Source of the DNA: Candidatus Omnitrophota bacterium
GTDB lineage: Bacteria; Omnitrophota; Gorgyraeia; Zapsychrales; Zapsychraceae
DNA: 64,000 nucleotides
NCBI GenBank assembly: GCA_029261065.1
Contig: JAJDCB010000024.1
Location: forward strand, 12,129 to 76,128
Direction: 5' to 3'
Positions 41,641 to 54,069 of this stretch are shown here, one piece after another. The position numbers and the translations under genes were made by a program. A model generated the notes under the pieces. It was not told the origin of the DNA. It ran no database searches and saw only the letters and a program-made list of their open reading frames with translations. Numbering within the stretch: position 1 is the stretch's first letter; each line of letters begins with the position of its first letter.

Positions 41641-43320
41641 CTAACGATCCGTAACAGCTCCAAGTGAAGCCGAAGTTACATTCCGCATATACTTAGCCAA
41701 TACCCCTCTAGTATAACGTGGCTTTGGTGCTTTCCATTGAGATAATCGTTTTTTAATTTCTGCTTGAGGAATATCTAAATTGAGTTCCCGTTTCTTGGCA
41801 TCAATCGTTATTTTGTCACCATTTTTAACAATCGCAAGTGGTCCACCTTCATACGCTTCAGGAGAGATATGTCCAACAACAAATCCATGACTTCCTCCGG
41901 AAAATCTTCCATCGGTTATAAGAGCCACATCTTTGCCTAATCCTCTTCCCATGACCGCTGATGTTGGGGATAACATCTCTCGCATACCAGGGCCACCCTT
42001 AGGTCCTTCATAACGAATAACAATAACATCACCTTTTTTAATCGTGCCATCTAAAATACGTTTAAGCGCTTCTTCTTCCGATTCAAAAACACAAGCCTGA
42101 CCTTCAAAGTATTCACCTTCTTTACCTGATATCTTAGCAACCGCACCCTCTTTTGCAAGGTTTCCATATAAAATTACCAAATGGCTTGTTTTTTTGATGG
42201 GGTTATCAAACGAACGAATAACCTCTTGAGATTTTGGATAAGGTTTTACCTGCTTTAAATTTTCTTTTAGTGTTTTACCTGTGACGGTCAGACAATCCCC
42301 ATGCAATAATCCTTTCTCTAACAAAATCTTCATCATCGGTGTGATACCACCAATCTTAACTAATGCTGCCATAACAAAACGGCCGCTAGGTTTAAGGTCG
42401 GCTAATACAGGAACATGTTTTCCAATACGCGTAAAATCATCAATTGTGATTTTAATGTCCATGGCATCTGCCATAGCGATAAGATGTAACACAGAATTAG
42501 TTGATCCGCCAAGTGCGATAACAACCGTAATCGCATTTTCAAAAGCCTTCTTCGTTAAAATATCTTTAGGACAAATGTTTTTCTTTAATAGATTGAGAAC
42601 CGCGTGACCGGCATTGATACAATCATCACGTTTGGCTTTTGAGGTGGCTGCTTGTGCCGAGCTATTGGGTAAACTCATTCCTAATGCTTCAATCGCACAG
42701 GCCATGGTATTGGCGGTATACATCCCTCCGCAGGACCCAGGTCCGGGGATGGCGCATGTTTCGATGCTCGTTAAATCTTTTTTAGAAATGCGTTTGTTTG
42801 CATATTCCCCAACAGCCTCAAAAATAGAAACAATGTCTTGATCTTCTCCCTTAAAACAACCAGGCAAAATGGTTCCGCCATACACAAAAACAGAAGGACG
42901 ATTTAAACGCGCCATAGCAATGAGACAACCAGGCATATTTTTATCACATCCACCAACCGCAACCATGCCATCAAATCCTTGGCAACCCATAACCGTTTCA
43001 ATGGAATCCGCGATAACTTCACGCGAGACAAGAGAATATTTCATTCCCTCTGATCCCATGGAGATGCCATCAGAAATCGTAATCGTATTAAAAATGACGG
43101 CCTTTCCCCCTGCCGCATCAGCGCCTTTGGCGGCATTAAGGCTAAGTTTATCAATATGCATATTACACGGTGTCACCTGACTCCAGGTGGAGGCAATACC
43201 AATTTGAGGTTTTTTGAAATCTTCCGTTTTGAAACCAACAGCACGAAGCATCCCACGAGATGGGGCGCGATCGTAACCATCGGTTACAATGGAGGAATGT
43301 TTGCGGATATTTTTTGCCAT
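41641..43320 (-). CDS. ilvD: Dihydroxy-acid dehydratase (start re-called at 43320, TAATG-coupled to leuD)
   Basis: [37 protein letters not shown]. Confidence 0.96.
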   Translation of the reverse strand: MAKNIRKHSSIVTDGYDRAPSRGMLRAVGFKTEDFKKPQIGIASTWSQVTPCNMHIDKLSLNAAKGADAAGGKAVIFNTITISDGISMGSEGMKYSLVSREVIADSIETVMGCQGFDGMVAVGGCDKNMPGCLIAMARLNRPSVFVYGGTILPGCFKGEDQDIVSIFEAVGEYANKRISKKDLTSIETCAIPGPGSCGGMYTANTMACAIEALGMSLPNSSAQAATSKAKRDDCINAGHAVLNLLKKNICPKDILTKKAFENAITVVIALGGSTNSVLHLIAMADAMDIKITIDDFTRIGKHVPVLADLKPSGRFVMAALVKIGGITPMMKILLEKGLLHGDCLTVTGKTLKENLKQVKPYPKSQEVIRSFDNPIKKTSHLVILYGNLAKEGAVAKISGKEGEYFEGQACVFESEEEALKRILDGTIKKGDVIVIRYEGPKGGPGMREMLSPTSAVMGRGLGKDVALITDGRFSGGSHGFVVGHISPEAYEGGPLAIVKNGDKITIDAKKRELNLDIPQAEIKKRLSQWKAPKPRYTRGVLAKYMRNVTSASLGAVTDR

Positions 43321-43940
43321 TATGAGGTAACCAACCAAGGTTGATTGGTTTTAAGATGTGTTTCAAAAGTGTCAATTTTATCTGTAAATTGCATGGTCCA
43401 TCCGATTTGATCTAATCCTTTTAATAAACATTCTTTAGCAAAAGAATTTATCTCAAAAGAGTGTTCGCGACCATTAGGAGCAATAACAACTTGTTTTTCT
43501 AAATCAGCTGAAATTTCAGTATTTGGTTTGCCTTCGACTTGATTAAATAAGTCATCAATGTCTTTAGTTGGTAACGTCACTAAAAGAATTCCGTTTTTAA
43601 CACAATTGTTATAAAAGATGTCAGCAAAACTGGGGGCAATGATCAAAAGAAAACCATAATCGGCTAACGCCCAAGGCGCATGTTCACGAGAAGATCCACA
43701 GCCAAAATTGTCACGTGTTAACAAGACGCTTGATTGGCGATAGGCTTCTTTATTTAAGATGAAATCAGGATTTTCTTGAGTGCCTTCGTAATCCAAAAAA
43801 CGCCATTCGTGAAAGAGATGTTTTCCAAATCCCGTGCGTTCAATTTTGCGAAGAAATTGTTTAGGAATGATCGCGTCGGTATCGATATTCACACGATCGA
43901 TGGGGGCCACGATTCCTGAATGTTTGATAAAAGGTTTCAT
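43320..43940 (-). CDS. leuD: 3-isopropylmalate dehydratase small subunit
   Basis: [28 protein letters not shown]. Confidence 0.97.
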   Translation of the reverse strand: MKPFIKHSGIVAPIDRVNIDTDAIIPKQFLRKIERTGFGKHLFHEWRFLDYEGTQENPDFILNKEAYRQSSVLLTRDNFGCGSSREHAPWALADYGFLLIIAPSFADIFYNNCVKNGILLVTLPTKDIDDLFNQVEGKPNTEISADLEKQVVIAPNGREHSFEINSFAKECLLKGLDQIGWTMQFTDKIDTFETHLKTNQPWLVTS

Positions 43941-43943
43941 TGC

Positions 43944-45344
43944 TTAAAGGATCTCTCTTATATCTGAAATTTTTCCATTGATGGCGGCTAAAACAACCAT
44001 TTCAGGGCTCATTAAATGCGTTCGTCCGCCAGGTCCTTGTCGTCCTTCAAAGTTTCTATTACTTGATGAGGCACAACGTTCGCCTTTTTTAAGTTGATCG
44101 TCATTCATCCCCAAACACATCGAGCAACCCGCAAAACGCCATTGGAATCCAGCTTCCGTAAAGATTTTATCTAATCCTTCCGCTTGAGCTTGATTACGCA
44201 CACGGCCAGAACCAGGAACAACAATGGCTTCAACGTTTGCGTGCACTTTTTTTCCTTTAACGATTTCGGCAGCGACTCGTAAATCTTCAATACGGCCATT
44301 GGTACAAGAACCCAAAAATGCTTTTTCGATTGTGATGTTATTCATCGGCGTCCCGGGCTTTAAATCCATATAATCAAGGGCATTACGAGCCCCTGTTCTT
44401 TCGACGGGATCTGTGAATGAATCAGGATCTGGAACAACACCATCGATTGATGTCACTTGTCCGGGTGATGTTCCCCAAGTCACTTGAGGTTTAATATCTT
44501 CCGCTTTAATATCCATTCTGTGATCAAAAGAGGCTCCTTCATCACTCGATAACGTTTTCCAATAAGCAACAGCTTGTTCCCACAATTCACCTACGGGAGA
44601 AAACTCTTTATCTTTTAAATACGCAAACGTTGTGTTATCAGGAGCAATCATGCCCGCTCGTCCCCCCGCTTCAATACTCATGTTACAAATCGTCATCCGG
44701 CCTTCCATGGATAAATTTTTGATAGCGCCTCCGGCGTATTCCATCACATAACCCGTCGCCCCAGCTGTTCCAATTTGACCAATAATATAAAGAATAATAT
44801 CTTTAGGCGTAACCCCTTTTTCAAGGTTGCCTTCGATATTGATTAACATTGTTTTTGATTTGTTTTGTTGAAGAGTTTGTGTGGCCAAAACATGTTCGAC
44901 CTCTGAGGTTCCAATACCAAAAGCCAAAGAACCAAAAGCGCCATGTGTCGCGGTGTGTGAATCGCCACAAACAATAACTGTTCCAGGCTTCGTAATCCCT
45001 AATTCAGGACCAATGACATGAACAATACCCTGATTTTTATGAGAAAAGTCATAAAGCGTGACATCAAATTCTTTGCAGTTTTTAGACAATGTATCCATTT
45101 GAATGCGTGACGTTTCCTCAACCAACGACCAATCTTTCGTTCGTGTTGAAACATTATGATCCATCGTCGCAAACGTCTTCTCAGGACAACGCACCCCGCG
45201 TTTTGTAAGTCTTAATCCTTCAAACGCTTGCGGACTTGTCACTTCATGAACAAGATGAAGATCGACATAAATAATAGAAGTATCCCCTTGTGACTCCCGC
45301 ACCAAATGCGCATCCCAAATTTTTTCGAACATTGTTTTTGGCAT
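43944..45344 (-). CDS. leuC: 3-isopropylmalate dehydratase large subunit (start re-called at 45344)
   Basis: [39 protein letters not shown]. Confidence 0.97.
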   Translation of the reverse strand: MPKTMFEKIWDAHLVRESQGDTSIIYVDLHLVHEVTSPQAFEGLRLTKRGVRCPEKTFATMDHNVSTRTKDWSLVEETSRIQMDTLSKNCKEFDVTLYDFSHKNQGIVHVIGPELGITKPGTVIVCGDSHTATHGAFGSLAFGIGTSEVEHVLATQTLQQNKSKTMLINIEGNLEKGVTPKDIILYIIGQIGTAGATGYVMEYAGGAIKNLSMEGRMTICNMSIEAGGRAGMIAPDNTTFAYLKDKEFSPVGELWEQAVAYWKTLSSDEGASFDHRMDIKAEDIKPQVTWGTSPGQVTSIDGVVPDPDSFTDPVERTGARNALDYMDLKPGTPMNNITIEKAFLGSCTNGRIEDLRVAAEIVKGKKVHANVEAIVVPGSGRVRNQAQAEGLDKIFTEAGFQWRFAGCSMCLGMNDDQLKKGERCASSSNRNFEGRQGPGGRTHLMSPEMVVLAAINGKISDIREIL

Positions 45345-45555
45345 AGTATAGATATTTTTGTAAATTGGCCTGAACAGACTTTTTAGGAAATTAATAAGCT
45401 CAGATTGTATATGATTCATTTCTTATTGTCAATATTTGAATACGAACAGTTAATTAAGAAAAGATATAGGCTTTATTGTTTTATACTGACCCCAGTTAAC
45501 AAAAAGGGCTAAATAGTGTTGAATTAAGTTCCAAGAAAGGAGTCTAATTTTTATT

Positions 45556-47004
45556 CTAAAAAGCCGATGGATACAATAATTCTATTAAGGTTTGGTCGCC
45601 AAAATATTTGTAATCTCGATTACCTGGATCCGTCAATAGTTGACTAAAGTCTAAAGAGTCATAAGTTGAATTGTGTCGTGACTGTTCTATGTGAGCGATG
45701 AGCCGGGCCGAGGGTTGATCGAAAACGGCTCTTTTTTGTAAGATTCCATAGTCTATCCAGCCATAACAGAGAGTTAAGATTAGACAATTTATTGCAATAA
45801 TTTTATTTGATAGAGACCAATTGGGAAAGGGATTTATCTGGTCATGGGCAATGAGTATATATATAGCTGTCATCATGAAGGCCCAATAAAAGTAGGCCCA
45901 GTATAAGGTTTGTTTGAGATAGCTTAGGCTGCGTGGGCCGACGCGAAAAATGGAGAATAAAAAACATAGCAAAAGAATTAGGCTAATAAATAGAAAAAAC
46001 AAATTTTTTAGCCCTGTTTCCCCTTTCATCAATGTTCGACTTTTTTTTAGAACTAAGAAACCCTTGATAATGAGAATGATGTTTAAGATAGTTAAAGGAT
46101 TAAATTGAGTAATAATTTTAAACGAAAAACGTTCTGCTAAGAAACAAAATTGATTTTGAAAAGGGAAAATCCCTAAGTTAAGCCATCGAAGAAAGACACA
46201 GGGGATGTTGCCTAAGCCTTTTGTCAAAAATTTTCCTTTAATGGCATAGCCTTGCTGACTAGAAAGACTTGAATAATAATTTGCGAACCAGTTGATACCA
46301 TTAAACGCCATAAACACAAGAATGGGGACAAAAAGCATAACAAGCCATTTCTTTCCTTCTCTATTTTGTGGCCAGGTTGCCCAAAGATAAAGGATCAACC
46401 CCAATATTATAAACACGCTAAATTCGCAAAACAAACAGGCCATTGTCAGCATAACGCTGTTGGTGACAATCATCTTTTTTAACGTTATGTGTTGGCGTAC
46501 AAATAAAAAACAATTCCGAATGGCCAAAAATACGAATATAAGCGATACAAGATAGCCATTGATATTTGTCCAGATGACCAAGTCCAAATTAACGGGCATA
46601 ACCGAGAACATCGCTGTAAATAAAAGCGCTAACCAACTCTCCTTGATGCTGGTTAAGAGTCGCCATAAGACCCACAAAAATATCAAATGAAATCCAATTC
46701 CAACTAATTGCCAAAGATGAAAAGAATAGCCGAACAAAAAGCGCTCTGTTCCTAAGAGAGCATACAAAAAAGGACGAAAAAGCCAAGTATCACCAGAGGA
46801 GATATATGTGCCGCGATTTAAGTCCATATTTTTTAGCACTAAGGATGAGAAATTTGTTTGATCAGCGACTGTAGATAGATAAGCGATTTGATCACTACGG
46901 GGAATGTGTTTTAAAGAAGGCCAAAAAACAATAAGATTAAATATACAAATCAGAGCGAAAAAAAAGTATGTATTAAAGATCTTCTTGTTTGTTTGATTCA
47001 TCAT
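45556..47004 (-). CDS. Multi-pass membrane protein, possible GT-C-fold glycosyltransferase
   Basis: N-terminal TM followed by an SD motif and a FRP loop, then about 10 hydrophobic segments; family call is tentative. Confidence 0.45.
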   Translation of the reverse strand: MMNQTNKKIFNTYFFFALICIFNLIVFWPSLKHIPRSDQIAYLSTVADQTNFSSLVLKNMDLNRGTYISSGDTWLFRPFLYALLGTERFLFGYSFHLWQLVGIGFHLIFLWVLWRLLTSIKESWLALLFTAMFSVMPVNLDLVIWTNINGYLVSLIFVFLAIRNCFLFVRQHITLKKMIVTNSVMLTMACLFCEFSVFIILGLILYLWATWPQNREGKKWLVMLFVPILVFMAFNGINWFANYYSSLSSQQGYAIKGKFLTKGLGNIPCVFLRWLNLGIFPFQNQFCFLAERFSFKIITQFNPLTILNIILIIKGFLVLKKSRTLMKGETGLKNLFFLFISLILLLCFLFSIFRVGPRSLSYLKQTLYWAYFYWAFMMTAIYILIAHDQINPFPNWSLSNKIIAINCLILTLCYGWIDYGILQKRAVFDQPSARLIAHIEQSRHNSTYDSLDFSQLLTDPGNRDYKYFGDQTLIELLYPSAF

Positions 47005-47142
47005 GATGGGGGATTATACAGATATTGGTTGGAGAAAGCAAGGTGTGCCCATTCAACGAAAAACGAATCAAATAAAGTCACCCGTATTTGATTTATAAAT
47101 TTTTGTTCTGCACAATGTTAACAATAGCGTCTGCTATTTTTC

Positions 47143-48174
47143 TTAAAGAGGGAATTGTTTTATCGCATGTTGTCCAATAATTTTTGTGATGAAGACAGGC
47201 ATTTTTTTGTAAAGAGATAAGGCTAACCCCATTTTATTTTTGGATTCTCCTACTGAGGGTGGATGTTTGGTATTTTTTAAAAAATAAGAATGGTAAACTT
47301 GTTCTGGGGCGCCACCCCATTGACGTTTAAATAAATAGGTTCCTGAACCATGTTGACTGCGACCAAAATTAAAATTTTTAAACCCTGCCTCGCCACTATT
47401 TTTGATAGCCTCCCAATAGAGAAGAAAATTAGGACTATAACGGAAGTATTCTCTTAATGATGATGCGAATAAATTAAAAGCTAAATCTTTAAAACAAAAT
47501 AATAGAAGTCCTCCTATCATTTTATCGTTGTGATAAGCAACAAACAATTTTGAGGGAAAGATATTACAAAGCTGTTGCATAAAAGATATAGGATACGTTA
47601 GCCCACCGATGTCTCTCATATTGCGTGCATAAATCGTATGGAAATCTTTTAAAGCTGAGATATCTTCTTTAACAATAATTTTTGATTTAATGGCCTTACG
47701 CACAAGATTTCGTGCTTCAGCTTGAAGAGCATTTTTCCAGATTTGATCAGTATCTGTTGATAAAGGTAAAATAAATTCGACATTTTCTTTTGTTACCTTT
47801 TGTGCTGTTTGAATAGCTGAAAACTGACGAAACTCGAGAAAATCAACTTTTAACTCATCTCCTAGTTTTTGAGCCTTTTTTATTAGCTCTTCTTGAGCAT
47901 CATTATCATCAGCTAGAAGTCCGCTCGCGCCGAATGGTACATTAATTAAAATTTTTCCGAAAGGTTTTGTTCTTGCAAAAAAAAGGGGTAATACGCCCTT
48001 GATAACACCATTGTTTTCTGCCGTCAGATAATATCCTTTATAGCCATAATATTGTTCAATGAGTTGCTTTAAGCCATAATCATGAAAAATGGTTGCGTTG
48101 TTATTGTGTTGGATATACTCATTCCAAGTCAATTTTTTATCAGAATTTGAAATGTTGGGGGGCGTCATCTGCAT
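47143..48174 (-). CDS. GNAT / FemAB-like protein (EPS-modification type)
   Basis: GVLPL, RNLVRKA, PNFLLYWE, FNFGRS, FKRQWG. Confidence 0.8.
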   Translation of the reverse strand: MQMTPPNISNSDKKLTWNEYIQHNNNATIFHDYGLKQLIEQYYGYKGYYLTAENNGVIKGVLPLFFARTKPFGKILINVPFGASGLLADDNDAQEELIKKAQKLGDELKVDFLEFRQFSAIQTAQKVTKENVEFILPLSTDTDQIWKNALQAEARNLVRKAIKSKIIVKEDISALKDFHTIYARNMRDIGGLTYPISFMQQLCNIFPSKLFVAYHNDKMIGGLLLFCFKDLAFNLFASSLREYFRYSPNFLLYWEAIKNSGEAGFKNFNFGRSQHGSGTYLFKRQWGGAPEQVYHSYFLKNTKHPPSVGESKNKMGLALSLYKKMPVFITKIIGQHAIKQFPL

Positions 48175-49147
48175 GAACGTTTTTTCCTTTTAAAGAGGCT
48201 GCCATCTCATTAAGGGTAATGAGTGTATAATCGCGTTTCATCCAATTTAGCAGACTAGAAAAGGAAGTTAAACGTTTTTCTAAGGGGAGCGAACAATAGG
48301 TTTTGGTAAGAATAAAATCTTCTTCTACTCCTGCGATATCACTTTCTTGAGTAAATTCGTTAATATGAAATTGAAGATTGATCATAGGTCTGCGGCTTAA
48401 ATTATAAAATAATGAGGCTGGAAGAAAACGATGAAAACAAAGAAGCACTGCACTGATAAAGGGCAAATCGATTCCTTTCATTTTCCCAATCGGAATTTCT
48501 ATAAAACTAGATTTCTCATCATTTTCTTCTTTTTTCCAAAAGGCATCCGCCCTCGGAATATAGGGAACGGCTGGTGAAGCATAATGTTTCAATTTCTGTA
48601 AAACCAAATAATTTTTATTTTTAATAAACAATTGTTTATAAATACTTTTCAAGATGAAATAAAATAAAGAATTGTTTAACGAGGCATCATATGAATATTG
48701 ACGTTTTCGTAAAATTGTAAAAACATCTTCATCGATTGTATAACCAGGCGCTCTAAATCCTTCTGGTCGTTTTCCCGTAATCCTTTCTATTTCTTTCTCC
48801 GCCAGCGCAATCTCCTGCTCTTTATCCACCATGGAAAGAAGCGCAAATTGCTTAGGATGATTCATCGTGTGATTAGCAATCTCATGGCCGTCGTTATCAA
48901 TAGATTTGATAACTTCTGGAAATGTCTTTACATCTTGACCAATACAGAAAAAAGTAGCTTTAAGATTTTCACTTCTAAGAAAATTTAAAAATCGTGGTAC
49001 AACCCTTTGATAAGTAATTTCCTTTAAAAGGTTAGGATTATTCGAAGGCTCACGCAAATCATCGTTAAGCGTATCGAGGTCAATGTTGATATTGGCAAAA
49101 GTTTTATTTTGTGACATTAGTTTAGTAATAATAAAGATGGCAAACAT
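48140..49147 (-). CDS. Polysaccharide deacetylase (CE4) family; start may be 49117
   Basis: NIDLD, KATFFCIG, GHEIANHTMNH, GFRAPG, YDAS. Confidence 0.88.
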   Translation of the reverse strand: MFAIFIITKLMSQNKTFANINIDLDTLNDDLREPSNNPNLLKEITYQRVVPRFLNFLRSENLKATFFCIGQDVKTFPEVIKSIDNDGHEIANHTMNHPKQFALLSMVDKEQEIALAEKEIERITGKRPEGFRAPGYTIDEDVFTILRKRQYSYDASLNNSLFYFILKSIYKQLFIKNKNYLVLQKLKHYASPAVPYIPRADAFWKKEENDEKSSFIEIPIGKMKGIDLPFISAVLLCFHRFLPASLFYNLSRRPMINLQFHINEFTQESDIAGVEEDFILTKTYCSLPLEKRLTSFSSLLNWMKRDYTLITLNEMAASLKGKNVHADDAPQHFKF

Positions 49148-49181
49148 ATTATCTATAAAATATATTTACCATCTTTAGGTT

Positions 49182-51884
49182 TTAAGCCAATTTTCGAATA
49201 ACAGTCTGCAGAATACCTCCATTACGGAAATAATCAATTTCCACAGGAGTATCCAAACGAACTGTCATTGAAAAGGTTTGTGATGAGCCTTTAGGAGGGG
49301 TTGCAGTAACCTTAATTGTCTGGCGTGGTTTTAGCGTATCATCAACACCTTCAAAGTCAAATGTCTCATCCCCCTTTAAGCCTAATTTCTCAGCACTTTG
49401 ATTATTTTGAAATTCTAGAGGTAACACACCCATGCCAGCTAGGTTGCTACGATGAATGCGTTCGTAGCTTTGGGCTAGAACGGCGCGGACACCTAAGAGT
49501 GCGGTTCCTTTTGCTGCCCAGTCACGGCTAGAACCTGTCCCGTATTCTTTTCCAGCCAAGACAACGAGCGGAGTGTTTGATTCTTTATAAAGGTTGGATG
49601 CGGCATAAATGCTCATTTTTTCTTTGGTAGGAAAATGCATCGTCCATGAACCTTCTGTACCTGGAGCTAATTGATTGCGCAGTCGAATATTGGCAAAGGT
49701 TCCGCGTGTCATGATGCGATCATTTCCTCGGCGAGAACCGTAGCTATTAAAATTATTTTGTGAGACCCCCTCTTCTTCTAAATAATCACCAGCTGGACTT
49801 AGTTTTGCAATCGCGCCAGCGGGAGAAATATGATCCGTTGTAATCGAATCGCCCACCATAACCAGAACGCGTGCGCTATTAATTCCTTTAATATCATCGG
49901 GCTCTTTATTCATACCAATAAAAAAGGGTGGTTCTTGAATGTAGGTGCTTTTTTTCTTCCAAGCATATAAATCCGATTTTGTTTCTTTAATCGCATTCCA
50001 ATTTTTATTGCCACGGCTGACATCTTTGTAACGTTTACGAAAGGCTTTGGCGTTAACATATTTGGCGATGTAATCCCCAATCTCTTTTTGTGTTGGCCAA
50101 ATGTCTTTCAGAAAGACATCCTTACCCTTCTTATCTTGTCCAATAGGCTCTTTATCTAAATTTTGATCAACACGACCGGCTAACGCATAGGCGACAACTA
50201 AAGGTGGACTTGTTAGATAGTTCGCTTTTGTATGAGGATTGACTCGGCCTTCAAAATTACGGTTACCACTTAAAACACTAGCCGCCACAAGATCTACTTT
50301 TTGAATAGCGGTTGATACCGCCTCTGGCAACGGTCCACTATTTCCAATACATGTCGTGCAACCATATCCGACAATATGAAATCCTAATTTTTCCAAAAAC
50401 GGCAGTAAGCCTGAGGCGCGAATATATTCATCAACCACTTGAGAACCTGGAGCGAAACTGGTTTTGATATATTTTTTTACCCTTAATCCACGTTCAACAG
50501 CCTTTTTGGCTAATAAGCCGGCTCCAATGAGAACCGAAGGGTTAGACGTGTTGGTACAACTTGTAATAGCCGCAATAACAACGGAACCATGCTCTAATTT
50601 TTCTTTTGTTCCATTTTCAACAAAAGTGCTTTTGCTTAATTCATTTGTTTTTAATCCAAACCCTCTATCTTTTACAGGAGCGATAAGATCTTTTTGAAAG
50701 TTTTGTTTCATCGAAGACATAGGAACTCGGTCTTGAGGCCGTTTGGGTCCAGCTAGACAAGGCTCAACAGTAGAGATATCTAATTCCATGGATGAGGAAT
50801 ATTTAGGGTCTTTGTCTGTTGGCGAATAAAACATATTTTGATCTTTCATGTAACGTTCAACAAGATCAACCTCAGCCGGTGTTCGTCCGGTGAGTTTGTA
50901 GTAATTTAGCGTTTCTTGATCAACAGGAAATAAACCAATGGTAGCTCCATATTCCGGAGCCATGTTTGATAGGGTCGCGCGATCGGGTAAACTTAAATGA
51001 GCAAGACCATCACCAAAGAATTCAACAAATTTGCCAACAACACCTTTGGCCCTTAACATTTGAGTAACCGTTAAAACTAAATCCGTGGCCGTGATCCCTT
51101 CTTTGAGTTGTCCCTTTAATTTAAAACCAACGACTTCGGGCATAAGCATGTAAATAGGTTCACCTAACATAACAGCTTCTGCTTCAATTCCTCCCACGCC
51201 CCAACCCACAATACCCAGTCCATTAATCATCGTTGTGTGACTATCGGTACCAACAAGGCTATCAGGATAGACAACGGTTTCTTTGCCAATCTTTTTCTTT
51301 AAAACCCCTTTGGCTAAATATTCTAAATTGACTTGATGAACAATCCCTGTTGCTGGCGGTACCACACGAAAATTTTTAAAGGCATTCTGCCCCCATTTTA
51401 AAAATTCATAGCGTTCTTTATTACGTTTAAATTCCAAAGCTACATTTTTTCCAAGGGCTGATTTTGATCCAAAAGCATCAACTTGAACGGAGTGATCAAT
51501 AACGAGATCACACGGCACTTGTGGATTAATTTTTTTAATGTCTCCTCCAAGCCTTTTCATTGCCGCTCGCATGGCCGCTAAATCAACAACACAAGGAACC
51601 CCTGTAAAATCTTGTAAAACAACGCGTCCTGGTTTAAACGCAATTTCTTTTGGTTTATTAGATTTTGGAGACCAACTTAATAAATTTTTGATATCTGTTA
51701 ATGTAACTTGATAGTCATCATAATTTCGTATGGCACTTTCTAAGAGGATTTTGATGGAAAAAGGCAAATGCGATGGATCACCTAAACCTACTTTGGCGAG
51801 TTTGGGTAACGAATAAGTTGTAAAACTTGAAGATTTAGATTTGAGTGTTTTTTTAACATCTTTTTGAGGAAATGTGGATCCCAT
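49182..51884 (-). CDS. acnA: Aconitate hydratase A
   Basis: [42 protein letters not shown]. Confidence 0.97.
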   Translation of the reverse strand: MGSTFPQKDVKKTLKSKSSSFTTYSLPKLAKVGLGDPSHLPFSIKILLESAIRNYDDYQVTLTDIKNLLSWSPKSNKPKEIAFKPGRVVLQDFTGVPCVVDLAAMRAAMKRLGGDIKKINPQVPCDLVIDHSVQVDAFGSKSALGKNVALEFKRNKERYEFLKWGQNAFKNFRVVPPATGIVHQVNLEYLAKGVLKKKIGKETVVYPDSLVGTDSHTTMINGLGIVGWGVGGIEAEAVMLGEPIYMLMPEVVGFKLKGQLKEGITATDLVLTVTQMLRAKGVVGKFVEFFGDGLAHLSLPDRATLSNMAPEYGATIGLFPVDQETLNYYKLTGRTPAEVDLVERYMKDQNMFYSPTDKDPKYSSSMELDISTVEPCLAGPKRPQDRVPMSSMKQNFQKDLIAPVKDRGFGLKTNELSKSTFVENGTKEKLEHGSVVIAAITSCTNTSNPSVLIGAGLLAKKAVERGLRVKKYIKTSFAPGSQVVDEYIRASGLLPFLEKLGFHIVGYGCTTCIGNSGPLPEAVSTAIQKVDLVAASVLSGNRNFEGRVNPHTKANYLTSPPLVVAYALAGRVDQNLDKEPIGQDKKGKDVFLKDIWPTQKEIGDYIAKYVNAKAFRKRYKDVSRGNKNWNAIKETKSDLYAWKKKSTYIQEPPFFIGMNKEPDDIKGINSARVLVMVGDSITTDHISPAGAIAKLSPAGDYLEEEGVSQNNFNSYGSRRGNDRIMTRGTFANIRLRNQLAPGTEGSWTMHFPTKEKMSIYAASNLYKESNTPLVVLAGKEYGTGSSRDWAAKGTALLGVRAVLAQSYERIHRSNLAGMGVLPLEFQNNQSAEKLGLKGDETFDFEGVDDTLKPRQTIKVTATPPKGSSQTFSMTVRLDTPVEIDYFRNGGILQTVIRKLA

Positions 51885-52109
51885 GAATTGACTCCAATTT
51901 AAAATATTAATAAATCGAACATTTTATTAGATGCTGAGTATTATATAGAATGCTTAATGGGGCGTCAACAGAGCAATTAGTTATTATTTAAAAATTAAGA
52001 GATAAATGGTAAAAATATATTAAAATTTTCTTGCAATAGCCTCAATCAATGCCTAATATAAGTCAATTATAGCGTTAACCTAAATCCTACCTAATTTAAG
52101 GGAAATACC

Positions 52110-53627
52110 TTGAAAGTATGTATTCTAAATCCATCTTTTGGAGATGATTTTGTGCGTGTGGCGCGTTGGGCGGCAAAGTCCAGAGGACGGGTTCAACGCC
52201 ATCCAGAATATATGTTAACAGCGGCACAAGTCCTTATTGATCAAGGTCATGACGTTATTTATGTTGAGGCCGCAGCCCGAAACTTTACACCTGAAGAAAC
52301 CTATAAAATCGTTAATGATTTTAAGCCTGAATTGTTAATGCTTCATGCAACAACTCCCTCCATTTATAACGATATCGAACAAGCCAAGGTTATTAAAGAA
52401 CAAAACAATTGCAAGGTTGCCTTTGTCGGTCAACATGCGAGTGCTGAACCAGAAAATACCATTACGATTAGTGAGGGTGTTGTGGATTACATTTTATTAG
52501 GGGAATATGACTACACCCTACGGGATCTTGCCGACGGGTTGACACCATCAAAAGTATTGAGCTTGGTCTGGAATGATGGTGGAAATATTATTACAAACCC
52601 TCAACGTCAATCCATTGATGTTAATGAACTCCCTTTTCCTGCTTGGCAATTAATTGAACCCGAATGGTATCCAGATGGTGGTAAAAAATTTCCATTTTTA
52701 ACGTTAATGACGGGTCGTGGTTGTAATAATGGTTGTACGTTTTGTCGTGACCCTCAAATCATGTATGGCTATCGTCTTCGAAATAGAACGGCACAGAGTG
52801 TTGTGGATGAAATGGAATATGATATTAAATTACACCCACAAGTGCGTGAAATCATGTTTGAAACAGATACCTTTGCTGCTGACGATGAGCATGTGACAGA
52901 AGTTTGTAATGAGATTATTAAAAGAGGATTACATAAGAAAATTAGTTGGTCATGTAATATGCGTGTGAATACTAATCTTGATCTCTTACCTCTTATGCGT
53001 AAATCGGGTTGTCGTATGCTTATGACGGGGTTTGAATTTGGTTATGATGAAGGGTTAAAAGCGGTAGCTAAAGGTGGTGTTGATGTCGCGATGGCGGCTA
53101 AGTACGCGCATAAAGCCAATGAATTAGGTTTTACGATTCATGGATGTTTTATGATTGGTGCTCCTGGCGAAACACGCGAAACAGCCCAACAAACTATCGA
53201 TTTTGCTAAATCTCTTCCCCTGGATACTATACAGATTACAGGTGTAGCAACGTATCCTGGAACATCTATCTATAAATGGGCAAAAGAAAATGAATATCTG
53301 CGGGCCAATGATTGGCGTGAATGGCTCAATGCTGAGAAAGAACAACGAACTTTGTTAAGTTATCCTCAGTTCTCCTCGCAGGATATTGATGAATATATCG
53401 ACCGCGGTTTAAAAGAATTCTATCTACGCCCTAAGCAAATATGGCAGATGTTTATCTCCATTCGAAGTGTGGGCGATTTATTAAGAAAAATACACGGCTT
53501 TAAAGCTTTTACCGATTACTTTTATAAAAAGCTCTCAGGAAAGTTTGACAATCATGATATGCCTGAAACACCAGCTCTAGAAAAACAAGCGGAATCAATA
53601 GAAAGATGTGAAACTGTTGGCGTTTAA
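52110..53627 (+). CDS. Cobalamin-binding-domain radical SAM protein (HpnJ-like subgroup)
   Basis: N-terminal B12-binding-type Rossmann domain, GEYD, RGCNNGCTFC, GFE, HGCFMIG, YPGT. Confidence 0.85.
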   Translation: MKVCILNPSFGDDFVRVARWAAKSRGRVQRHPEYMLTAAQVLIDQGHDVIYVEAAARNFTPEETYKIVNDFKPELLMLHATTPSIYNDIEQAKVIKEQNNCKVAFVGQHASAEPENTITISEGVVDYILLGEYDYTLRDLADGLTPSKVLSLVWNDGGNIITNPQRQSIDVNELPFPAWQLIEPEWYPDGGKKFPFLTLMTGRGCNNGCTFCRDPQIMYGYRLRNRTAQSVVDEMEYDIKLHPQVREIMFETDTFAADDEHVTEVCNEIIKRGLHKKISWSCNMRVNTNLDLLPLMRKSGCRMLMTGFEFGYDEGLKAVAKGGVDVAMAAKYAHKANELGFTIHGCFMIGAPGETRETAQQTIDFAKSLPLDTIQITGVATYPGTSIYKWAKENEYLRANDWREWLNAEKEQRTLLSYPQFSSQDIDEYIDRGLKEFYLRPKQIWQMFISIRSVGDLLRKIHGFKAFTDYFYKKLSGKFDNHDMPETPALEKQAESIERCETVGV

Positions 53628-53656
53628 TTGACATCAAGAACTAATTTTGTTATAAC
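53628..53656 (+). promoter_or_regulatory. sigma70-type promoter of the ferredoxin gene
   Basis: TTGACA-17 bp-(TGt)TATAAC; AGGAG SD before ATG 53697. Confidence 0.55.
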
Positions 53657-53696
53657 GATTTAAAGTATTCCTACCAATCATAAAAGGAGAAAATTC

Positions 53697-53981
53697 ATGA
53701 CTCATGTTGTTACTGAACCTTGTGTAAAATGTAAATATACGGACTGTGTGACAGTATGTCCTGTTGATTGTTTTCATGAAGATGCTGAGATGCTTGTCAT
53801 CGATCCAGAAGTTTGTATCGATTGCGGTGCTTGCATCCCTGAATGCCCTGTTCAAGCAATTTATACCGAAGAAGACGTCCCCGAACAATGGGCAAGCTAT
53901 ACAAAATTAAATGCCGATAAAACGCTTGAATTGCCTGTTATTACTGAGAAAAAAGAACCGTTAGCTAAAGACGATAAGTAA
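53697..53981 (+). CDS. 7Fe/8Fe ferredoxin (FdxA type)
   Basis: [18 protein letters not shown] and [12 protein letters not shown]. Confidence 0.95.
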   Translation: MTHVVTEPCVKCKYTDCVTVCPVDCFHEDAEMLVIDPEVCIDCGACIPECPVQAIYTEEDVPEQWASYTKLNADKTLELPVITEKKEPLAKDDK

Positions 53982-54004
53982 GGTTTTCAAATATTTTCAA
54001 TTTC

Positions 54005-54046
54005 CCCCGCATAAATAGTGATATCACTTATTCTATTTGTGCGGGG
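54005..54046 (+). terminator. Stem-loop after the ferredoxin gene
   Basis: CCCCGCATAAATAG / CTATTTGTGCGGGG 14-bp stem. Confidence 0.55.
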
Positions 54047-54069
54047 TTAATCATTTAAGAGAATAGATT

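Noticed and set aside
52110-53627. Calling the radical SAM gene hpnJ, or a RiPP maturase acting on the nearby small ORFs
   Set aside because: No hopanoid genes in the window, no SPASM/RRE features, and the small ORFs look like membrane proteins rather than precursor peptides.
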